Positions 1 through 11,372 are shown, numbered from the stretch's first letter. The stretch is DNA of 64,000 nt from an uncultured Candidatus Saccharibacteria bacterium (GCA_964585475.1 CAZPDF010000006.1:8531-72530), one strand, 5' to 3'. A program made the numbers and translations. The notes: generated by a model not told the origin, from the sequence alone.

Positions 1-4
1 CGAT

Positions 5-1366
5 ATGGAAGAGGAAAGGGCCCCGGAAAAACGCCAAAAATTAGAAAAAAAATATAAAAAAGCCCTAAAGAAATACGAAAAACTCCTCGGAAGCCATCAG
101 AATAGTGTACGAAAAGCCGCCGGAATTGAGGAAACTGAAGTACAAGAAAGCGAAGCTGAATCTCAAGAATTAACTCCAGAGCAAATAGCTGGAGATTTAA
201 CTTCTTCGTATTGGACAAACCGTCTGCAGGAAACGCAGCGCAGTATGAAAACTCCTGATATTAGAGTTCAAGGCGGTGATTTTGATATGGCAAGAAGTGA
301 AGCATATTTAAAAAACATTCGGGAAGGAAAATTTTTTGAAAGCGTTGATGTTTCGGGAACATACGACGGTGAACCTACTCAAAGATCAGAGTCATCTGTT
401 TACGATTTTTTTAAGAGAATAGCCGACAGTACCGAGCGAAGAATAGAGTCATTTAAAGATAGCCCCGAACTTGTCGAGAAATATAAAAGAGAAGGCGAGG
501 AAGCACAAAAAATCGTTGAAGCGATGGAAAAATTAAAACCAGCGGAAGAAGAGCCACGGGCCAGGCCCTTGCCAATCGAAGAAACACCCGCTCCGCATGG
601 CGAAGCGGAAGTTTTAGAAGACCCGGGAGAGGCGCTGCTTCGCCAAATTGAAGAGGCAGCGGGAGACGCCCCAAAAGTGGAAGAACTGCGAAATCAATAC
701 GCAAGATTTCTGCTTGGGGAGACCGAAGGGACGGAGGAAACGGCCGAAGAAACTTCTGCTGCCCTCCAAGAAGAAATACCACAGGACACGCTAGAAGCAT
801 GGCAAAAAGAAGTCGAGGGATTCTGGCCGCTTGCAGAAGACGAATTTATGGAAAGTTTTCTTGCTGCACTTGAGACGATGAAAGAAAAAGGGGGAAACGC
901 AAAAGAACTTCTTCAATCAATGGTGGATAATTTTGTGGAGATTGCCGGAGACAAATTCCCCGGCATCAAAGAACTTAAAAAGGAACAACCCGAAGAATTT
1001 GAAAAGATGAAAAAGGGCCTGCTCGATGCGGCCGATATCGCAGATCCCAAAGAGCGCAAGCAAAAATGGCAGGAGATTATAAAAGAGAATAATTTTAAAG
1101 GAGAAACCGAGCGGTCTGCACGAGGACTTGCGGAGGAGATAGGGCAGCTAAAAGACAAGGTTGGAAAGAAAAAAATCAAGCCGGAGGAGGCAAAAGACGC
1201 CAAAACCAAACTTGAAGAACTAAAGGGCAAGGCAGGGGCGCTTGAAAAAATGCTACCGACACTCGGCCTGGTCGGCGCCATGATCCTTCTCTCGATTTTG
1301 GTAATAATAGTGCTCGAACTTGAAGCGCTCAATATGCTTCTCGGACAAACAAAAGGGAAACGCTAA
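5..1366 (+). CDS. Hypothetical acidic coiled-coil protein with C-terminal TM helix (may extend upstream of the window)
   Basis: Long E/K-rich ORF; hydrophobic C-terminal segment LGLVGAMILLSILVIIVL; frame is open to the window edge. Confidence 0.7.
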   Translation: MEEERAPEKRQKLEKKYKKALKKYEKLLGSHQNSVRKAAGIEETEVQESEAESQELTPEQIAGDLTSSYWTNRLQETQRSMKTPDIRVQGGDFDMARSEAYLKNIREGKFFESVDVSGTYDGEPTQRSESSVYDFFKRIADSTERRIESFKDSPELVEKYKREGEEAQKIVEAMEKLKPAEEEPRARPLPIEETPAPHGEAEVLEDPGEALLRQIEEAAGDAPKVEELRNQYARFLLGETEGTEETAEETSAALQEEIPQDTLEAWQKEVEGFWPLAEDEFMESFLAALETMKEKGGNAKELLQSMVDNFVEIAGDKFPGIKELKKEQPEEFEKMKKGLLDAADIADPKERKQKWQEIIKENNFKGETERSARGLAEEIGQLKDKVGKKKIKPEEAKDAKTKLEELKGKAGALEKMLPTLGLVGAMILLSILVIIVLELEALNMLLGQTKGKR

Positions 1367-1367
1367 A

Positions 1368-1599
1368 CCCCGGCACCAAAATTTCGGCCAATCTTTATTG
1401 CTGCCCCGAACTTCAGAAATAGTTTGGAGCTCACACTAATAGTTGAGTACATCTTAAACTTCGGGGGACTTGTCCTCCCACCTTTTTATTGTTTAGACCG
1501 CGTAGCCGGAATTTAGTTCAAACTGGCCCCTTTGAATGGACCATGATTTAGAAGTAGAAAAGGTGGGAGGATAAACAGCAGCCGAAATTTGGTGCGGGG
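1368..1599. repeat. CCCCGCACC-family inverted-repeat element with nested inner IRs and a TAAA target duplication
   Basis: cccc(g)gcaccaaaatttcggc ... gccgaaatttggtgcgggg; TAAA on both sides (1364-1367, 1600-1603); inner tcctcccacctttt/aaaaggtgggagga at 1473-1571. Confidence 0.75.
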
Positions 1600-1620
1600 T
1601 AAACTAAAAATTCAAAGACG

Positions 1621-1651
1621 CAAAACGCCCCGACTTTGGTCGGGGCGTTTT
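1621..1651. terminator. Hairpin, possible bidirectional intrinsic terminator
   Basis: caaaacgccccgac ttt/g gtcggggcgttttg stem. Confidence 0.5.
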
Positions 1652-1698
1652 GATTATAGACACAAAAAGCTACATGTGCTACGCTGGCCCCGGAACAC

Positions 1699-2508
1699 TT
1701 GAAAAAGAGGTCACATATAATGGTGGAAATTGGCGTAGGCGCGCTTCTACTCGGGTGGCTTACTGGCGTACTCATGGGCGGCCAGATGGATCCTGCCAAA
1801 CTAAAGGAACTCGAAGAAAAAGCCAAAGCGGCACAGGCAATGGTTGAGACGCTTCAGGCACAAGTTTCAGCGTTTGAGATAAAGCTTAACGCCAAGGAAA
1901 ATGAGGTGGAGTATATGAAATCGGTTGTCGGTTTCCTGCAGATCGAGCGAGATGATTCCAAGAAGAGGATCGTTGCGCTTGAGAAAGAAAATCAACTCCT
2001 CCGCGATACGCGAAATTCCTTGAGCGTGGAAAATGATGCGCTCTTATCCGACAGGAAAAAGCTCGAGGAGCAATATGCGGTTTCGCTATTCACAATTGAG
2101 TCCCAAGGCCAAAGACTAGCCGATCAGGATCTGCTCGTTAGACGAGGGCACGCGACTGCGCTTAAACTTCTTGCGGAACAAGCCAGAAGCCGGGCGCTTG
2201 CCAAAGAAATTCGCTTGAAGCAAAACGCGCTTGCATCCAGAGATAAAGAAATTCATGCCCTTCGGACGGAGCGCGAAGACCTAAAAGCCCGGATTACCGA
2301 AGCTGAAAAAAACCTGGCTTCGCTTTCCAAACTGCTTGACGACGCGATGTCGCAAAACGCCAACAAGAACCGCCTCATGCTTGCCTTGGCGCTACTGGCG
2401 CTGATAGCAGCAGTGCTTGGTTACGCCTGGGGACTACACGCTACCCGCAAAAGGCGCACGTCGCATCTCCCCCCGGATTTTAGACCGGGAATCAAAACCG
2501 GCAGCTAA
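1699..2508 (+). CDS. Hypothetical coiled-coil protein with N- and C-terminal TM helices
   Basis: TM - long heptad coiled coil - TM architecture. Confidence 0.7.
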   Translation: MKKRSHIMVEIGVGALLLGWLTGVLMGGQMDPAKLKELEEKAKAAQAMVETLQAQVSAFEIKLNAKENEVEYMKSVVGFLQIERDDSKKRIVALEKENQLLRDTRNSLSVENDALLSDRKKLEEQYAVSLFTIESQGQRLADQDLLVRRGHATALKLLAEQARSRALAKEIRLKQNALASRDKEIHALRTEREDLKARITEAEKNLASLSKLLDDAMSQNANKNRLMLALALLALIAAVLGYAWGLHATRKRRTSHLPPDFRPGIKTGS

Positions 2509-2664
2509 AACTCAAGAAAAGGCCACGAATGTTAAGAAAAACAAAAACCCCATTAAAACAAGTTTTAACGGGGCAAGACGCGGCATCCCCAAAGATGCCG
2601 CTTTTCATTTTAAAGCGTAAACTACTGAACCTCCAACCAACAAGCTGGTTGGTATTCAAGGAAG

Positions 2665-2729
2665 CTTCTCGACTCGTCCCGCTTTAAGCGGGACTCGCTC
2701 GAAGAATATCGTTCGAGCTTGTCGAGAAC
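2665..2729. repeat. Palindromic repeat (GTTCTCGACAAGCTCGAAC family); second copy lies in-frame in the GT2 gene at 41505-41581
   Basis: Reverse complement matches the ends of 41505-41581. Confidence 0.75.
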
Positions 2730-2773
2730 CTACCTATGGTATCCGACCCGCAAGCTGGTCGGAATAATCAAGT

Positions 2774-4300
2774 TTAATCTGTTTGTGCTTTAGGTGCGTC
2801 TGGGTTTTCTGTCCCTATTTGTGTTTGGTGCGTGTCTGGATTTTGTTTTTTCTCCTCACGTATCATTCCAAGAGACATCCTATGCTCTTTCGGGTCAAGC
2901 AGAAGCACCTTGAAATCGTATTCCTGGCCAAGCTCAAGTTCTTCTTTCATTTTGGCTTCGGTGCCGAATTCGGAAATGTGGACAAGTCCCTGCACCCCGT
3001 TAGAAGTGTGCGAAGTTTTAACGTCGGTAACAGTAGATTCTTGAACAATTTTTTGATTGCCATCGGTGGGTGCTTCCGAACCAAGACTTTTAACGGGGTT
3101 AACCTGCGAATCAAATTCCGCAAATGCGCCAAAAGGATTGAATTTAGTCACTTTAGCCCTCACGTTATCGCCCTTTTTATACTTCTCCGCAAGTTTCACC
3201 CAAGGATCTTCTTTAAGAGCTTTTAGCGATAAGGAAACTTTGTCGCTCTGGATATTTATTATTTTTGCCTTGACTTTGTCGCCGGGTTTCAGAACGTCAC
3301 GCGGGTCTCCGATAAGCGTCCAGTCAATCTCAGAAATGTGAATCAGGCCCTCAAGTCCCGTCGCTTCGTCAAATTTCATAAATGCTCCGAAGTCAACCAC
3401 GCCAGTAATTTCTCCCTCAACCTCGTCACCAACTTTGTGTTTAGAAAGGGCCTCTCGCAGTGCGGCCTGATCCAGCTCTTTCTCGGTAAAAATGAGTTTA
3501 TTCTCGGTGACGTCCGCAAAAAGAATTTTTACCTTGAGGGTCTGCCCGACTAACTTTTGCAGTTCCTGAAAAACTTTCTCCTTATCTCCGCCTTCAACCC
3601 GCGGATAATTTTTCGCCGAAAGTTGGGAGGCGGGAAGAAAACCTTTAACATTTTTTAATTCAAGAATAAGTCCGCCGCGATTTGCTTCAAGCACCGGCAA
3701 TTCCAGTATCGCTCCTTCCTGCGTCATTTTTGCCAAATCAGTCCAGCGCCGTTCCTCTCCGGCCTCTTTGAGCGAGAGCTCGATATACCCCTCGTCGTTG
3801 TCCGGCAAAACCACTTTGGCGCTGACCGGATCGCCGGGGTTTAAATTTTTTATAATGTCCTGCGCCGCGTGATACTCTCTTCCGAAGACGAGTCCAATAC
3901 CGCGGTATCCTAAATCGATGAAAAGCCGCGTGCCCTTTTTCTCAAGCACGCTCCCCTCGACAATCTCACCGATCTTGGGAAGCGAAACTCCGGCAAAATT
4001 CCGCAGCATAGTTTCCATCGGATGCTTCCCTCGTAGTAGAACGTCGACTGGGTTGGCCTCGCGAACACCATCTGAAGATACGGCCGATGAACTAGGATCG
4101 AGCCGATCCTCCGATACACCCCTATTTTTATTGTCGCCTTCGGTGATAGTCGAAGTTTCACTACGGGGCTTCCCGTGAGGCTTCAAAACCGCGGTGGCTC
4201 TCTCGCCGTTTCCTTCGGTGTCGGCGCTGGAAGGAACTGTGTCCTGGGCCGTATCTACGCTATCGGCAGTTTCTTCCGGTATTTTTACTTCATCAGTCAT
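2774..4300 (-). CDS. rpsA: 30S ribosomal protein S1 (short form), with a 36-aa palindrome-derived insertion in the last S1 domain
   Basis: Repeated S1 motifs (GFLPASQL, FGAFMKF..GLIHISEI, FGAFAEF..GLVHISEF); start placed at MTDEV. Confidence 0.92.
   Translation of the reverse strand: MTDEVKIPEETADSVDTAQDTVPSSADTEGNGERATAVLKPHGKPRSETSTITEGDNKNRGVSEDRLDPSSSAVSSDGVREANPVDVLLRGKHPMETMLRNFAGVSLPKIGEIVEGSVLEKKGTRLFIDLGYRGIGLVFGREYHAAQDIIKNLNPGDPVSAKVVLPDNDEGYIELSLKEAGEERRWTDLAKMTQEGAILELPVLEANRGGLILELKNVKGFLPASQLSAKNYPRVEGGDKEKVFQELQKLVGQTLKVKILFADVTENKLIFTEKELDQAALREALSKHKVGDEVEGEITGVVDFGAFMKFDEATGLEGLIHISEIDWTLIGDPRDVLKPGDKVKAKIINIQSDKVSLSLKALKEDPWVKLAEKYKKGDNVRAKVTKFNPFGAFAEFDSQVNPVKSLGSEAPTDGNQKIVQESTVTDVKTSHTSNGVQGLVHISEFGTEAKMKEELELGQEYDFKVLLLDPKEHRMSLGMIREEKKQNPDTHQTQIGTENPDAPKAQTD
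2995..3098. repeat. CCCCGTTAGAAG-family inverted-repeat element inserted in-frame in rpsA
   Basis: ccccgttagaagt ... acttttaacgggg; relatives at 10530-10660, 11200-11267, 11416-11443, 25262-25282, 27777-27901. Confidence 0.85.
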
Positions 4301-4389
4301 GAAGGAAAGTATAGGGGATAAAACTAAATTTGGCAAGAGAGAAGAATTATGCTATCGTAAGGCGGGCGGAAAAAGAAACAGTGTTTAGA

Positions 4390-4546
4390 TAAATCCTAAA
4401 TTCTAAGCACTAAATTCTAAACCGACCGATAGGTCGTCCTGAGCACAGCGAAGGAACTCACGAGTTCCTTCAGTCGCTTCGCTCCTTCAGGATGACTTGT
4501 TTGTGACAAGTCAGTTTAGAGTTTAGGATTTAGTATTTAGAGTTTC
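4390..4546. repeat. Inverted heptamer arrays enclosing a GTC(A/G)TCCTGAGC...CAGGATGAC palindrome
   Basis: taaatcc/taaattc/taagcac on the left, tttagag/tttagga/tttagta on the right; core 4433-4497; relatives at 5815-5878, 11928-12020, 36760-36828, 42904-43006. Confidence 0.75.
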
Positions 4547-4550
4547 GTTT

Positions 4551-5252
4551 ATGGTAATCCAATGGTATGGTCAGGCCTGCTTTAAGATAACCTCGGGCGA
4601 TTTGGTCATTGCCATTGACCCCTTCTCCAAAGACATTGGACTTACGGCCCCACGCTTCCGTGCCGATATTGTGTTGGTGACGCACGAGCATTTTGACCAT
4701 TCCAATGTCGAGTCAATATCCGCCGCCTCTTCGGGGCACCGCTCTGAAGAGCGAGCCTCGCCCAGCGAAGCTGGGCGGGAAGGTGCGTTCGTAATCTCCG
4801 GGCCGGGCGAGTATGAAGTTAAGGGCGTCTATATTCAAGGGCTTCGGACGTTTCATGACAAGGCGCAAGGAAAAGAGAGGGGCACCAATACTATTTATAA
4901 AATAGAGTTTGAAGATCTAAGTATCCTCCACTTGGGCGATTTTGGTGAAGGCGAACTTCGCGAGGAGGTTCAAAGCGAAATAGGCGATATTGATATTCTC
5001 CTGATTCCTGTCGGAGGGAAGTACACCATTGACGCGGATGAGGCCGCGAGAGTCATGAAGCAGATCGAGCCGCGCATTGCAATCCCGATGCACTACAAAA
5101 TCCCGGGTCTAAAAGTGGGGCTTGACGGCGTGGAACAATTCTTGAAAGAAGTCGGCGCATCCAAGAATCAGGCGCAGGAAAAACTGGTGATAAAGAAAAA
5201 GGATATGGGCGAGGAGGAGAAAACGGAAGTAGTGGTGTTAAAACCCGTCTGA
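4551..5252 (+). CDS. MBL-fold metallo-hydrolase (Lactamase_B_3 type)
   Basis: THEHFDH motif, HLGD, IPMHY; short palindrome-derived insert at about 4720-4779. Confidence 0.9.
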   Translation: MVIQWYGQACFKITSGDLVIAIDPFSKDIGLTAPRFRADIVLVTHEHFDHSNVESISAASSGHRSEERASPSEAGREGAFVISGPGEYEVKGVYIQGLRTFHDKAQGKERGTNTIYKIEFEDLSILHLGDFGEGELREEVQSEIGDIDILLIPVGGKYTIDADEAARVMKQIEPRIAIPMHYKIPGLKVGLDGVEQFLKEVGASKNQAQEKLVIKKKDMGEEEKTEVVVLKPV

Positions 5253-5307
5253 ATCATAGCAACGTGAAACATGCGACATGTCGCTTGTCACATGGTGCTT
5301 ATAAAAA

Positions 5308-5720
5308 TGAAACCTCTTGAGAAAATTTTGACCCATATCCGCTCCCTTCCGGAGAAGACGAGGCGCCTCCTCGCTGGCCTCTTTTTAATCGCGGCCGCAA
5401 TTCTTCTTTTTGTTTCATGGAGCATTACGATTCCCTCGCGGCTTACCTCTCTATCGGGGAATTCTTTCGTGAGAGACAATACAAATGTGGCGGCGCGGAT
5501 CGAGGGCGCCTCCGCTATCTCACCCGCCACCCCCTCGCCTGCGGAGGGCGTCATTGAATCTCTCGGCACAGTATTCAAAGCCATTGTCCCCGAAGTCAAT
5601 AGAGAAGAAGAATCGCGTACAGTTTTTTCTAGGATTGAAGAAACGGCAGGGTACGCATCAGCCATGATAATACAGGCGTTTGATACGCTATTAAATTACG
5701 CGGAGAGTCAACTGCAATAA
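5308..5720 (+). CDS. Hypothetical membrane protein
   Basis: N-terminal TM after PEKTRR; start uncertain (5271/5292/5307). Confidence 0.6.
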
Positions 5721-5933
5721 ATTCAAAATGCAAAATGATGGCTAGGCCTTTCAGGCCGCCATCCCGGCAGCAAAGCTGCTTAGGGACAATGCAAAATTTA
5801 AAATTGACACAGGGTGTCATCCTGAGCGAAGCGAAGGATCTCCGAGATCCTTCGGTCGCTTCGCTCCCTCAGGATGACGTCCTAAAGGACGTCAGTTTAG
5901 AATTTAGAGTTTAGGATTTAGAATTTTTACATA

Positions 5934-8396
5934 ATGCCCGACATAGGTAAAATAAAACAGCGGGAAATAGTTGACGAGATGCGCGAATCCTATCTGGATT
6001 ACGCGATGTCGGTCATTATTTCGCGCGCCCTCCCCGATGTCCGAGACGGTCTGAAGCCGGTGCACCGGAGGATTTTATATTCCATGCACGAGATGGGCTT
6101 GGGACACTCTGCCAAACACAGAAAGTCGGCGGCAGTCGTCGGAGATGTCTTGGGGAAATACCATCCGCATGGAGACATAGCGGTCTACGACTCTTTGGTA
6201 CGCATGGCCCAGGATTTTTCTCTGCGGTACCCCTTGATAGACGGGCAGGGAAACTGGGGAAACATAGACGGAGATTCTGCGGCGGCCATGCGTTATACCG
6301 AAAGCCGCATGACGCGCCTGGCCGAGGAAATGCTCGCCGACATCGAAAAAGACACGGTTGATTTTCGGGATAACTACGACGGCACGAGAAAAGAGCCGAT
6401 AGTACTGCCGGCCTCGGTGCCGAACCTCCTTCTTAACGGAACCCTGGGCATTGCCGTCGGCATGGCAACTTCAATTCCGCCGCATAATCTCGGCGAGGTT
6501 GTGGACGGCGTCATATATCTTATTGACCGCCCGAAAGCCACCACCGAGGATCTTATGGAATTGGTCAAGGGTCCGGATTTTCCGACCGGCGGCATTATCT
6601 TTGATGAAAAAGAAATACGCGCATCTTACGCCGCGGGCAGGGGATCGATTTTAAATCGAGGTGTGGCCGAAATCGAGGAAGACGGAAAAGCGGGGCATAA
6701 AATTGTAATTACCGAAATACCTTACCAGGTAAATAAGTCAGGACTCCTTGAAGTCATGGCAGCCATCGTGCATGAAAAACGAGTAGAGGGAATAAAAGAT
6801 ATACGAGACGAATCGGATAAAGATGGCTTAAGAATTGTGGTAGAACTTAAATCAGATGCCCATCCCCAGAAAGTTTTAAATAATCTCTACAATCACACCG
6901 ACCTTGAAAAAAACTTCCATCTAAATATGCTGGCGCTAGTGGAGGGACTCCAGCCGCAGGTGCTCTCTTTAAAAGAGGTACTGGAAGAATTTCTCAAACA
7001 TAGGGTGGTGGTTGTTACTCGCCGAGCGAAATTTGATCTGGCCAAAGCTCGCGAGCGGATTCATATTCTCGAGGGCCTGAAGAAAGCGCTGGACCACATT
7101 GACCGGGTGATTGAGACGATTAAGAAATCGCTGGACCGCGAGGAGGCGCACGCGAACTTGATGAAAAAATTCGGGCTCACCCAAATACAAGCCACGGCCA
7201 TACTGGAGATGCGATTGCAGACCCTGGCCGGCCTGGAGCGCCAAAAGATTGAGGACGAGCTCAAAGAAAAAACGGCGCTCGCCAGGCAGCTTGATTCTTT
7301 GCTCAAAGATCCTAAAAAAATTACGGAAGTTATCCGGAAAGAACTGCTTGAAATGAAAGATAAATACGGGGATCTGCGTAAAACAAAAATAGTAAAAAGC
7401 TCCCCCAAAGAATTTTCCGATGAGGACCTCATACCAGAAGAAGAGGTAATGGTGATGTTGACCCGCGGCGGATATATCAAACGGATTAAGCCCGAGAACT
7501 ACCGCATGCAGAAACGCGGCGGAAAAGGGTTAATCGGGATCGAAACCAAAGAAGAAGATATGGTGGAGCATCTTCTTACTTGCAATACCCATGCGAGTCT
7601 CCTTTTTTTCACTAACTTCGGGAAGATCTATCAAGTACGCGTCTATGAAATTCCAGAAGGATCGCGGGTGGCGAAGGGCAAAGCCATTTTCAATTTCCTT
7701 TCGCTTTCAAGCCAAGAGCAGGTAACCTCGTGTCTCGCCGTGGCCAAAGGTAAAAAAGAAAAGTCCAGGGAGACGGGCGAAAAACAATACGCTGTGATGG
7801 TTACCAAAAACGGCATAATCAAAAAGGTGGATGCCGTTTCTTTTGAAAATGTGCGCCGATCCGGTCTCATCGCCCTGACTCTCAAAAAAGGAGACGAGCT
7901 CCGTTGGGCCAAACTGACCAAGGGCAGGGACGAGCTTATCCTGGTTACCAAAAAGGCACAGGCCATTCACTTTTCGGAAGCCGACGTGCGGCCAATGGGT
8001 CGGCAGGCGGCTGGGGTGCGCTCGATTCGACTACGAAGCGGGGACGAAGTGGTGGGGATGGACGTGATTAGTAACCAATTACCAATTACCAGTAACTCAA
8101 AGTTACTGGTGGTGATGGAAAACGGATACGGCAAAGAGACGCTTCTTAAACACTACAAAAAACAGCGCAGAGGCGGCTCGGGCATCAAGACCGCGAAAAT
8201 AACTACCAAGACCGGAAATGTCATAGGAACCAGAATCATCGGCGAAGAAGAATCGGAACTCATAGCGATATCGCGGAAGGGTCAGGTTATCCGCACCACT
8301 CTTTCCGCCATCCCGGTTTTGGGACGCGCCACCCAAGGAGTAAGGATTATGAGAATGGATTCGGGAGACGCGGTAGCTTCGATTACAACTTTTTAG
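5934..8396 (+). CDS. gyrA: DNA gyrase subunit A
   Basis: [29 protein letters not shown], GyrA box QKRGGKG, C-terminal beta-pinwheel. Confidence 0.98.
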   Translation: MPDIGKIKQREIVDEMRESYLDYAMSVIISRALPDVRDGLKPVHRRILYSMHEMGLGHSAKHRKSAAVVGDVLGKYHPHGDIAVYDSLVRMAQDFSLRYPLIDGQGNWGNIDGDSAAAMRYTESRMTRLAEEMLADIEKDTVDFRDNYDGTRKEPIVLPASVPNLLLNGTLGIAVGMATSIPPHNLGEVVDGVIYLIDRPKATTEDLMELVKGPDFPTGGIIFDEKEIRASYAAGRGSILNRGVAEIEEDGKAGHKIVITEIPYQVNKSGLLEVMAAIVHEKRVEGIKDIRDESDKDGLRIVVELKSDAHPQKVLNNLYNHTDLEKNFHLNMLALVEGLQPQVLSLKEVLEEFLKHRVVVVTRRAKFDLAKARERIHILEGLKKALDHIDRVIETIKKSLDREEAHANLMKKFGLTQIQATAILEMRLQTLAGLERQKIEDELKEKTALARQLDSLLKDPKKITEVIRKELLEMKDKYGDLRKTKIVKSSPKEFSDEDLIPEEEVMVMLTRGGYIKRIKPENYRMQKRGGKGLIGIETKEEDMVEHLLTCNTHASLLFFTNFGKIYQVRVYEIPEGSRVAKGKAIFNFLSLSSQEQVTSCLAVAKGKKEKSRETGEKQYAVMVTKNGIIKKVDAVSFENVRRSGLIALTLKKGDELRWAKLTKGRDELILVTKKAQAIHFSEADVRPMGRQAAGVRSIRLRSGDEVVGMDVISNQLPITSNSKLLVVMENGYGKETLLKHYKKQRRGGSGIKTAKITTKTGNVIGTRIIGEEESELIAISRKGQVIRTTLSAIPVLGRATQGVRIMRMDSGDAVASITTF

Positions 8397-8605
8397 CTTT
8401 ACGAAATACGAATATATACGAACTTACGAATTCTCCGGAACCGACATACGAATAGATTAACACGGTTCCGGTTACGAGTAGTTCGTACCCGAACGCCCAG
8501 ATTCGTATATGGCGTTCGGTACATTCATAATGATTAGTATTTCGTAAATACGTGTTCAGCTTTTCCAGAATTGAGCGGCCCGCGTATTTGTTCTATAATA
8601 ATGGC

Positions 8606-9178
8606 ATGGCAGAGGTTTCTTCGCCCGGACGAGAAATTGGCAGCGGTGGCTTCCTTGATCCCGAACGCATTGTTCGGCAGCTTGGGTTGGAGCGCGGGGA
8701 CCATGTCGCCGATTTCGGGGCCGGGCACGGATACTTTACCATTCCTATGGCACGCCTCGTGGGCGGAGACGGCCGGGTTTATGCTATAGACATTCAAAAG
8801 GCGGTGCTGGATATAATCCGCGCCAAAGCAAAACTCGAAAACATCCTTAATATCGAGCCGGTATGGGCGGATCTTGATTCGCCCGGCGGATCGCATCTCA
8901 AAGACAAATTTATTGACTTCGTAATGATCGCGAATATCCTTTTTCAGGCAGAGAAGCCGGACGTTTTACTCCGCGAAGCATATCGGGTGCTGCGTGAAGG
9001 CGGGCGTATGGCCATTATCGAGTGGAGTGATGCTACGCCTTCGCCCTTTGGTCCTCCGCCGCACCTAAGGGTTAAAAAGGAGGTGGCGCGCCAAATGGCC
9101 ATGGATGCCGGACTAGAACCGGAGCGAGAATTTGAAACGGGCGGTCATCACTACGGGCTCCTTTTTAAGAAGCGATAG
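8606..9178 (+). CDS. Class I SAM-dependent methyltransferase
   Basis: VADFGAGHG motif I; YAIDIQ; YRVLREGG. Confidence 0.88.
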   Translation: MAEVSSPGREIGSGGFLDPERIVRQLGLERGDHVADFGAGHGYFTIPMARLVGGDGRVYAIDIQKAVLDIIRAKAKLENILNIEPVWADLDSPGGSHLKDKFIDFVMIANILFQAEKPDVLLREAYRVLREGGRMAIIEWSDATPSPFGPPPHLRVKKEVARQMAMDAGLEPEREFETGGHHYGLLFKKR

Positions 9179-9238
9179 ACTTTGGACCCCGCACCAGAAC
9201 CTGCGGTTCGGTACGGGGCATGCTTTTGACTCACTTTT

Positions 9239-10528
9239 ATGAACTCTCTACTCTCCCTCCTCAACAATAAAACCGTTCTTATCGCCGTCTTCGGAGCGCT
9301 AGTTTTGATCGGTATCCTGATTACTTTCGGGGTTCTTCCGGGACGACGCTCCGCGACTCCGGTACCCGCCACCCTTGAATTTTGGAACCTCGAAGATACA
9401 GACGAAGTATGGCGTGATATTTTCGAACGATTTAGAAAGCAGTTTCCGCATCTGACCGTGAGCTATCGCCGTTTTGACGAAGCTTCATACGAGGACTTCT
9501 TGGTCAATCGACTCGCCGAAGGCAAGGGGCCAGACGTTTTCGTCTTAAAAAATTCTTGGATCGCGAAACACCGAGACAAAATCGCCCCCTTGCCTGAAAC
9601 GGGAGAATATTCGGCCCGCGATTTTAAGCGTGATTTTGCTGATATAGCGGTCGAGGACCTTATTAACGAAAACAACCAAATTCTTGGCCTGCCCCTTTTC
9701 GTTGATACGCCGGCGCTTTTTTACAATAAAGACATTTTCAACACCGCCGGAATTGCCATACCGCCGAACGATTGGACCGATGTCATTAGGAAATCCCAGA
9801 TTCTCACCAAGGTCGCGCCCACCGGAGACATTATCCGATCGGGCATGGCTCTCGGCGGATATCGCAACATTGAGAATGCGTTTGAGACCCTAAATTCGCT
9901 GATACTGCAAAATGGCGACTCGATTCTCAACAAAAACGGCACGCCTTCCTTGGGACAGCAGGCAGCGGAGGCCGTTTCGTTTTACGCCTCGTTTGCTGAT
10001 CCTACCAAGCAAAATTATTCCTGGACCAGTCGTATGCGAAACTCCCTGGATTCTTTTGCCGAAGGCGTAACCGCAATGGTTATCGGGATGTCGCGGGACA
10101 TCGGCAGAATAGGCGCCCGCAATCCCCATCTTAATTTTTCGATCTTGCCTTTTCCCCAGCCGCGGGATGCAGAAACACGCATGGTCTATGGCGCTTATTT
10201 CTTTCCTACGGTGTCGAAGTTAAGCCAAAATCAAGAAGCGGCGTGGCAGTTTTTGCGCTTCATAACCTCGCGCGAGGCCGCAGACCTGTATCTGCGTAAA
10301 ACCTCGCGCTCCCCTGCCAGGCGCGACCTTATCTCCGCAGGCGCTCCCCAGGAACAGCTTTACGTTTTCTACAATCAAGCGTTAATAGCCCGCACCTGGC
10401 GTGTTCCTGATGAAAAACTAACTCGTAACCTTTTCCAGGATATGATAGAATCAGTAGTAGCTAAATCTTCCACACCGAGCCAAGGGGTGGATAGATTGCG
10501 AGAAAAATTACGTCTTATCAATTTCTAA
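9239..10528 (+). CDS. Membrane-anchored extracellular solute-binding protein (family 1)
   Basis: N-terminal TM; GKGPDVF, LFYNKDIF, AAWQFLRF motifs. Confidence 0.88.
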   Translation: MNSLLSLLNNKTVLIAVFGALVLIGILITFGVLPGRRSATPVPATLEFWNLEDTDEVWRDIFERFRKQFPHLTVSYRRFDEASYEDFLVNRLAEGKGPDVFVLKNSWIAKHRDKIAPLPETGEYSARDFKRDFADIAVEDLINENNQILGLPLFVDTPALFYNKDIFNTAGIAIPPNDWTDVIRKSQILTKVAPTGDIIRSGMALGGYRNIENAFETLNSLILQNGDSILNKNGTPSLGQQAAEAVSFYASFADPTKQNYSWTSRMRNSLDSFAEGVTAMVIGMSRDIGRIGARNPHLNFSILPFPQPRDAETRMVYGAYFFPTVSKLSQNQEAAWQFLRFITSREAADLYLRKTSRSPARRDLISAGAPQEQLYVFYNQALIARTWRVPDEKLTRNLFQDMIESVVAKSSTPSQGVDRLREKLRLINF

Positions 10529-10664
10529 ATCCCGTTAGAAGCCTCACTACCTATCGCACCACCGCGTGAAACCCGAATCGTTTAGTAAAATTCATCCCGA
10601 CTTAGTTCTCGCAGAGAAATTTTATGGAAATTTTTCTGCGATAGGACTTCCAGTGGGATAAACC

Positions 10665-11198
10665 ATGTCTAAAGACAAAAAAATTGCTTTATATATAGTC
10701 TTAATCGGCGTATGCGGCGTTACCGCCATTTTTCTGTTTCCGCCAGGCATTTTGACAGCCCAAGGCCAACCTCCTCTTCCCACCCTACCTACACAAATTT
10801 TGCCGACTACCTGTCCTTACAGGGACCTGATAGTTAATGGGGTATCTTTTGGAAGAGTAAGCAATCTCTGCGGCGTCTGTGATCTTTTCGCGCTAATCAA
10901 AAACGTCTTCGATTATATCTTGGCCATAGCCGCGACTGCCGGAGCGCTGATGCTGGCCTACGGTGGGCTCCTGATGATCCTTCCCTACGTAGGCGGGGGG
11001 GACTCGAGCGTAATGCAGACCAAAGGCAAAAAGGTCTTAACACGCGCGGTTGTGGGCATACTTATAATCTTTTTTGCGTGGCTTGCCATAGATACCACCA
11101 TCAAGATACTGGCGAACCAAGTGGGCGGAGGAGGGCCTGCGCAAATCCCGACACCGTTAGGTCTTGGTCCGTGGAACGCGATTACATGTAATCCTTGA
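10665..11198 (+). CDS. CPR-type pilin (TrbC/VirB2-like) with Cys-containing N-terminal part
   Basis: YGG..M..GG....KGKKVLTRAVVGILII pattern. Confidence 0.75.
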   Translation: MSKDKKIALYIVLIGVCGVTAIFLFPPGILTAQGQPPLPTLPTQILPTTCPYRDLIVNGVSFGRVSNLCGVCDLFALIKNVFDYILAIAATAGALMLAYGGLLMILPYVGGGDSSVMQTKGKKVLTRAVVGILIIFFAWLAIDTTIKILANQVGGGGPAQIPTPLGLGPWNAITCNP

Positions 11199-11372
11199 CC
11201 ATATTAGAAGTCCGTTCCTCCGAAGGCGGGACGGCAGTCGCCTGCGGCGGCTTATTTCTAACGGGGCGGACATAGTTCTTGCAATAAAAATAATTTAGAT
11301 TAATATTAAAAGACATGGATTACTTTTCCGCATCATTTTTAATAGACCTTATGGTCTTTTATCTCTTAACGG

